DNA of 64,000 nt from an uncultured Peptococcaceae bacterium. GTDB taxonomy: Bacteria; Bacillota; Dehalobacteriia; UBA7702. This document shows, one piece after another, positions 59,521 to 64,000 of this stretch. Below the pieces are notes generated by a model, which saw only the letters and a program-made list of their open reading frames with translations, did not search any database and was not told the origin of the DNA. Made by a program: the position numbers and the translations under genes. The DNA is taken from contig CAZWWH010000005.1 in NCBI GenBank assembly GCA_964637365.1, positions 18,980 to 82,979 of the forward strand, written 5' to 3'. Within the stretch, counting starts at the first letter, position 1; the number at the start of each line of letters is the position of its first letter.

Positions 59521-59521
59521 G

Positions 59522-59806
59522 TTAAATCAGTGTCTTTGCTTTTTCGTAGACAGCCTCGACGCTTTTGCGGAACTCGGTGCTGTCGATTACTTTGCCATCG
59601 GGCAAGTTATAGAAATTAAAGGGATCGAATTTTTGGCAAAGGGGTTTTAATTCATTCTCCATCAGCTGGGAAAACGCTGGATTTTTTTTGTCCAGCTGTT
59701 TTGCGTGGAGAGAGTAGGTCACGGGAAAATCGTAGGAAAAATCCTCATCAGAAATATTTCCCGCCAAAAAGGATCCAATTTTTTTCATTACAGTTTCTAT
59801 CATCAT
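59522..59806 (-). CDS. hypothetical 94-aa acidic cytoplasmic protein, reverse-oriented insert in the head module
   Basis: Clean ORF on the opposite strand with its own terminator. No signal peptide or TM helix. No family confidently recognised. Confidence 0.55.
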   Translation of the reverse strand: MMIETVMKKIGSFLAGNISDEDFSYDFPVTYSLHAKQLDKKNPAFSQLMENELKPLCQKFDPFNFYNLPDGKVIDSTEFRKSVEAVYEKAKTLI

Positions 59807-60017
59807 AGTGTATTTATTATAGCAAATTTTATCGGGAAACGCAAGTTGCCCGGCTGTGCCCGAAAACTCTGATTATAATGAAAATCACAGGGGCGAATCA
59901 GTTATTTATACTGGTACTCCGTACCCTATTGGCCCTTTTTTGGCATTTTTGAGGGTGGATCAAAAAGACCGCAGGGGTGGCGGGTAACACCTAAAAAAAA
60001 CGAAGTGGGAGGTAACA

Positions 60018-60608
60018 ATGGAAACATTAAGAGAGCTTTTAGGAGAGGAACTTTTTGAGGCGGTATGCGTCGCATTGCGGGGAAAGGGCCACGATGGACG
60101 AGACGTGGAGCTGGCAGTGGCCAATGACGGCAGCTATTTGCCCAAAGGGAAATTCGACGCTTTATTGGCGGAAAACCGAGACTTAAAGGAACGGCTGAGC
60201 CAAGGAGACGGTATGACTGCTGTGGTTGCTACCTTAGAGGAAGAAAAAGCGGCGCTGAGCCAAGCGTTATCTGAGGCAGAGGAAAAGATGGCGACGGCAG
60301 AGGCTTCCTGGCAAAGCCGCATGGATCAAATGACCTTTGACCACGCCTTAGACAATGCTTTGACGGAGCATCATGTGAAAAACGGCAAGGCGGTTCGTGC
60401 TTTGCTAGATATGGATGCCATTGGCTGGGAGGACGGTTCTTTGGTGGGGGTCGGTGAAGCTTTGGCTGCGGTAAAAGCAGAAGCCCCCTACCTTTTTGAA
60501 AACATTGGAGAGTCTCTTCCTTACCGTCCTCGGGGCGGGCAGTATGTTCCTGATTATTCCAAAATGAGCGACTCCGAGTACTATCAATTTCTAAATATGA
60601 AAGGATGA
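60018..60608 (+). CDS. phage scaffolding protein (GP20-like)
   Basis: Positioned just upstream of the capsid gene. Coiled-coil 'LLAENRDLKERL...EEEKAALSQALSEAEEK'. RBS GGGAGG. Confidence 0.7.
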   Translation: METLRELLGEELFEAVCVALRGKGHDGRDVELAVANDGSYLPKGKFDALLAENRDLKERLSQGDGMTAVVATLEEEKAALSQALSEAEEKMATAEASWQSRMDQMTFDHALDNALTEHHVKNGKAVRALLDMDAIGWEDGSLVGVGEALAAVKAEAPYLFENIGESLPYRPRGGQYVPDYSKMSDSEYYQFLNMKG

Positions 60609-60615
60609 ATGATTA

Positions 60616-61716
60616 ATGTCAAACACATTTTTAACAGCCCAAGAAATCGCGAGACAAGCCCTGCCTATTTTAAAGGACAATCTCGTGTTTCCCATGCTGA
60701 CTTACACCGATTATGCCGAGGACTTTGCCAATGTCGGCGACACCATTCAGATTCGAAAACCCCCTGTTTATGAGGCCAAGGAATTTAACGGTACTATTGA
60801 GACCCAGGACATTGTGGAGGATAAGGTCTTGGTGACTATGGATAAAATTGCCGATGTTTCGGTGGAGGTTACCGCCAAGGAAATGGCGTTGGAAATTGAA
60901 AACTTCACCAGCCAAGTCATTGAACCCGCTGCCATTGCCATTGCTGAAAAAATCAATCGTGACGGATTGAGTCTCTACAAAGATGTTTATACCGTCGGCG
61001 GCACGGCTGGAACTGCTCCTTCCTCCTTGGAGGATTTGGCCGCCGCCAGAAAAGTTCTGAACATTAACAAAGCCCCTGTATTCCCCCGTTATGCCGTGTG
61101 GGATCCTGAGGCTGATATGAATTTCAGCGTGATTCCCGCCATTGTCAACGCCGAAAAAAGCGGCAGCACTGAGGCGCTGCGAGAAGGTTCTATCGGGCGT
61201 ATTCAAGGGGTGGATAACTATATGTCCCAGGCCATACACAGCCATATGCCCCAGGTGAACGCCAGCGGTCTTACGGTAAAATCCGCCGTCACCGCTGGCA
61301 GTGACTCTCTGAGTATCAGTGGAACAGCCTTGACAGGGAAATTCATCAAAGGCGATATTCTCACTATTTCCGGTCAGACCTATACCGTGACCGAAGACAG
61401 CGCCGATTCCGCCTCTAATACCGTTGCATCTGTGAAGGTGGCGCCTGCTTTGCCTCAGCTTGCCGCAGGTACTGCTGTGACGGTGGCCGGCGCTCACGCC
61501 GCCAACCTGGTATTCCATAAAAACGCTTTCGCTTTTGTAAGCAGACCGTTGGAGTTGGCCCGTGGGGCTGAAAGCTATGTGACCTCCTTTGAGGGCATTA
61601 CCTTGCGCGTGACCTTTAGTTATGACGCTGCTACCAAGAAGCAGATGCTCTCTATTGATACGCTTTATGGCTTTAAAACCATTTATCCTCAGTTAGCCAT
61701 GCGCTATATGGGTTAA
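60616..61716 (+). CDS. phage major capsid protein (P22-coat-like family)
   Basis: 366 aa after the scaffold gene. The N-terminal 'FLTAQEIARQALPILKDNLVF...FANVGDTIQIRKP' pattern is typical of this coat family. Confidence 0.75.
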   Translation: MSNTFLTAQEIARQALPILKDNLVFPMLTYTDYAEDFANVGDTIQIRKPPVYEAKEFNGTIETQDIVEDKVLVTMDKIADVSVEVTAKEMALEIENFTSQVIEPAAIAIAEKINRDGLSLYKDVYTVGGTAGTAPSSLEDLAAARKVLNINKAPVFPRYAVWDPEADMNFSVIPAIVNAEKSGSTEALREGSIGRIQGVDNYMSQAIHSHMPQVNASGLTVKSAVTAGSDSLSISGTALTGKFIKGDILTISGQTYTVTEDSADSASNTVASVKVAPALPQLAAGTAVTVAGAHAANLVFHKNAFAFVSRPLELARGAESYVTSFEGITLRVTFSYDAATKKQMLSIDTLYGFKTIYPQLAMRYMG

Positions 61717-61723
61717 AACGGAG

Positions 61724-62098
61724 ATGGGGTTTATGGATAAAGAGTGCGCCACAGTAGATGAAGTGAGGGAAATGGTGCTCCGTCGTTTGGGCCTGGACAG
61801 TGCCACCGATGAGATTCAATGGGCTGTAACAAAGGCTGAAGATATTATCAAGGGGTATTGCTGTTTGCCTGCGGTGCCAATAGAGGGGAAGATTCTTTGG
61901 GCGGATCTCAGTTATGACTTGGCCCAGGAAACTACTGGCATCGGTGGATTAGCGGGGAGCACGGTGGTCGCCGCTTCCATGGGGGATGTGTCCTACACCT
62001 TTGGCTCCGGGGATCATAGCAGCATGACCGCAGATTTCCTGGCGGAGAATTACCGACACCGCCTGGACAAAATGAGAAGGGGGCTATTTCGTACATGA
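61724..62098 (+). CDS. phage head-tail connector protein (gp6-like), putative
   Basis: Size (124 aa) and position directly after the capsid gene. Confidence 0.5.
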   Translation: MGFMDKECATVDEVREMVLRRLGLDSATDEIQWAVTKAEDIIKGYCCLPAVPIEGKILWADLSYDLAQETTGIGGLAGSTVVAASMGDVSYTFGSGDHSSMTADFLAENYRHRLDKMRRGLFRT

Positions 62099-62478
62099 GC
62101 TGGCGCCGTCATAACTTGAAGGTATTTTATCGGGACCGCTTTTCTCTTTTTCGTTCCCAATGGCAAAAAGGTGAAGATGGCTTGCCATTGGAGGTATTGA
62201 ATAAAACTCCCTTATGGGAGGAGGTGCCCTGCTATCTCTCTATGAATAAAAACTCTTTAGGGGTGGCCGGCCGTTTGGACCATCCTCGTGATGACGACCC
62301 GCAAAGAAATGTGGAGGAGCAAGCTTTTTTGCTTTTTTGCGGACGAGAGTGTATCGTCATGGCCGGAGATATTCTCGCTGTGACCCATGAGGGCGTTACA
62401 CGTAATTATGTGGCGGGGGAGCCACATTTATATCCTGAGTTTCAGGAATTTTTGGTTTACCGGAGGGAGGATGCTTAA
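62095..62478 (+). CDS. phage head-closure/adaptor protein, putative
   Basis: 127 aa. Start overlaps the upstream stop (ATGA). Assignment is positional. Confidence 0.45.
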   Translation: MSWRRHNLKVFYRDRFSLFRSQWQKGEDGLPLEVLNKTPLWEEVPCYLSMNKNSLGVAGRLDHPRDDDPQRNVEEQAFLLFCGRECIVMAGDILAVTHEGVTRNYVAGEPHLYPEFQEFLVYRREDA

Positions 62479-62897
62479 TGGCAGAGGAGCTATTGCGTCG
62501 ACTGCGGCAGATGCTGCAAGAAGGTTTTCCCGGGGAGATGAGCTATGGAGAATATGTGGGACAGGGATTTCATCGTCCCGGATTTTTTACCGAATTGAAG
62601 CGCATCATTATGCGCCGAGGTGTAGGCGGAAGGTATCGCATTCGGGCAGATGTGGAAATTCGATTTTACGATGATGAACGCAGTGGACAGGGGGCGGCCG
62701 ACAGAAACGGTCGTCTCCACCGCAGGGCCATGGAGCTCTACGATGTGTTAGATCTTCCCGGTATGATCTCTTTGGAAATGTCCCACAGTATCAAAAACGG
62801 CATACTGATTGTGACAGCCTCTTATGTATTTTACGCAGAAAAGTCCCAGGCTGAGTTTGGGGCTTTCATGAAAACGATAAATTTAGAAATGGAGTGA
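62478..62897 (+). CDS. phage tail-completion/neck protein, putative
   Basis: 139 aa. Overlapping start/stop (TAATG). It lies just before the sheath gene. Confidence 0.45.
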   Translation: MAEELLRRLRQMLQEGFPGEMSYGEYVGQGFHRPGFFTELKRIIMRRGVGGRYRIRADVEIRFYDDERSGQGAADRNGRLHRRAMELYDVLDLPGMISLEMSHSIKNGILIVTASYVFYAEKSQAEFGAFMKTINLEME

Positions 62898-62903
62898 TGA
62901 ACG

Positions 62904-64000
62904 ATGGCCGGAGGTAATTGGACCTTACAGGATAAAATTCGTCCCGGCGCTTACCTGCGCTTTAAAAATCAAAGCGGCGGCACCATCGGCCTTGGTGGCA
63001 GTGGTGTTGTTACCATTGCGGTGGAGTTGGATTGGGGGCCCCAAGGCATTTTGCAGGAATTGACTGCAGAGGAAATGATTAGCAGTAATATTTTGGCAAA
63101 GCTGGGGCACTACAGTTGGGAGAACGCTGTGCTTCCCCTTTATGAAGCTCTGAAAAACTGCGAAAAGGTACTGTATTATAGAGTGAACAGTGGCGGAACA
63201 GCTGCTGCGGCCCTTTTGGGGACATTAACGGTAACCGCCAAATATCATGGCAGCCGCGGCAATGATTTGGCCGTAGGTATTACTTCCGCGACCGGAGGCT
63301 TTGAAGTTGCTACTTATTTAGACGGAGAACTGGTGGAATGTCAAACAGTTAGTGCCAGTGGTACTCCTCAGGATAATGATTGGGTCTCCTTCCAACTGAG
63401 CAACACCTTATCGGCCGCAGCTGTTACCGCTCTGACCGGAGGCAGCAACGGTATTGCCACCGCAGAGAATTATGGAGCATATTTGACGGCGGTAAAGGGA
63501 AAGGACTGGCAGGTTATGGCCTTGCCCACGGATAACAGCGACGTATTGCCCACAGTGAAGACGTACATTCAAGATTTGAGAGAAAACAGCGGTAAAAAAG
63601 TGCAGGCTGTCGTTTACGACTACTGTGCTGACTATGAAGGTATCATCACAGTAAAACAAGGCTACGTTCGTGACGGTGTAACCATTGCCCCGAAAGATTT
63701 TACTGCATGGGTAGCCGGTGTTACGGCCGGTGCAGAAACGGCCCAGAGCAATACTTACCGTATTGTAGACGGTGCTGATGAAATCATCGGGGAAATGGAC
63801 AGCGCGGCTATTGAGTTCGGCCTAACTCAGGGATATTTCCTTTTGAGTCGTCGCACTGACGGCACCATAGTGGTAGAGCAGGATATTAACACTTTGATTT
63901 CTTCGGCGACGGAATTAAGGAAAAACAGGATGCTCCGTACTCTGGATCGCATCGCCAATGAGGTGGCACATCGCTTTGAAACGGGATACTTGGGGAAAAT
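62904..64000 (+). CDS. phage tail sheath protein (XkdK-like), 3' end outside window
   Basis: My own translation from the ATG at 62904 stays open to the window end. 'MAGGNWTLQDKIRPGAYLRF...VQAVVYDYCADYEGIITV...FTAWVAGVTAGAETAQSNTY' resembles PBSX XkdK-type sheaths. Absent from the ORF track because it has no stop. Confidence 0.75.
   Translation, partial: MAGGNWTLQDKIRPGAYLRFKNQSGGTIGLGGSGVVTIAVELDWGPQGILQELTAEEMISSNILAKLGHYSWENAVLPLYEALKNCEKVLYYRVNSGGTAAAALLGTLTVTAKYHGSRGNDLAVGITSATGGFEVATYLDGELVECQTVSASGTPQDNDWVSFQLSNTLSAAAVTALTGGSNGIATAENYGAYLTAVKGKDWQVMALPTDNSDVLPTVKTYIQDLRENSGKKVQAVVYDYCADYEGIITVKQGYVRDGVTIAPKDFTAWVAGVTAGAETAQSNTYRIVDGADEIIGEMDSAAIEFGLTQGYFLLSRRTDGTIVVEQDINTLISSATELRKNRMLRTLDRIANEVAHRFETGYLGK

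Larger units (their letters stand above)
56840..64000 (+). mobile_element. PBSX-like contractile-tail prophage / phage-like element, packaging-head-tail module (continues beyond window)
   Basis: The gene order terL, portal, scaffold, capsid, three small connector genes, tail sheath parallels xtmB-xkdE-xkdF-xkdG-xkdHIJ-xkdK of PBSX. Confidence 0.8.

Overview
The window looks like a chromosomal segment of an endospore-forming Firmicute (Clostridia/Negativicutes-like, using SLH-domain surface anchoring). Two conserved backbone blocks match Bacillus subtilis gene order. Block 1 runs 8.5-23.3 kb: ctsR-mcsA-mcsB-clpC-radA-disA-yacL-ispDF-...-gltX. Block 2 runs 34.5-44.9 kb and resumes at 54.4 kb: ispE-spoVG-glmU-prs-(PRC-barrel gene)-pth-mfd-prsA ... 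spoVT. Accessory DNA lies around and between the blocks.

- 0-2.85 kb: Opp/Dpp/Nik-type ABC importer.
- 3.2-7.1 kb: small cluster of XRE regulator, methyltransferase, GNAT, lipoprotein and a CHAP-SLH hydrolase.
- 23.5-34.5 kb: a disrupted lamin-tail/SLH gene, an AI-2E transporter, three tandem EamA transporters, lgt, a Met/Pro/Gly-rich protein, glnA and dapF-dapL.
- 45-54.3 kb: an island between prsA and spoVT.
- 55-56.7 kb: an Lsa-type ARE ABC-F gene with an attenuator leader.
- 56.8 kb to window end: a PBSX-like contractile-tail prophage module that begins abruptly at the large terminase.

The most interesting item is in the 45-54.3 kb island. A well-preserved cobalamin riboswitch core with a terminator expression platform (48.0-48.4 kb) sits directly upstream of a ~1,800-aa SLH-anchored surface protein. 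That protein contains a segment resembling the transcobalamin-like DUF4430 fold. I propose it as a riboswitch-controlled cell-surface B12 capture protein.

No rRNA, tRNA or CRISPR array was recognised. All family assignments come from motif recognition by eye, and no searches were run.
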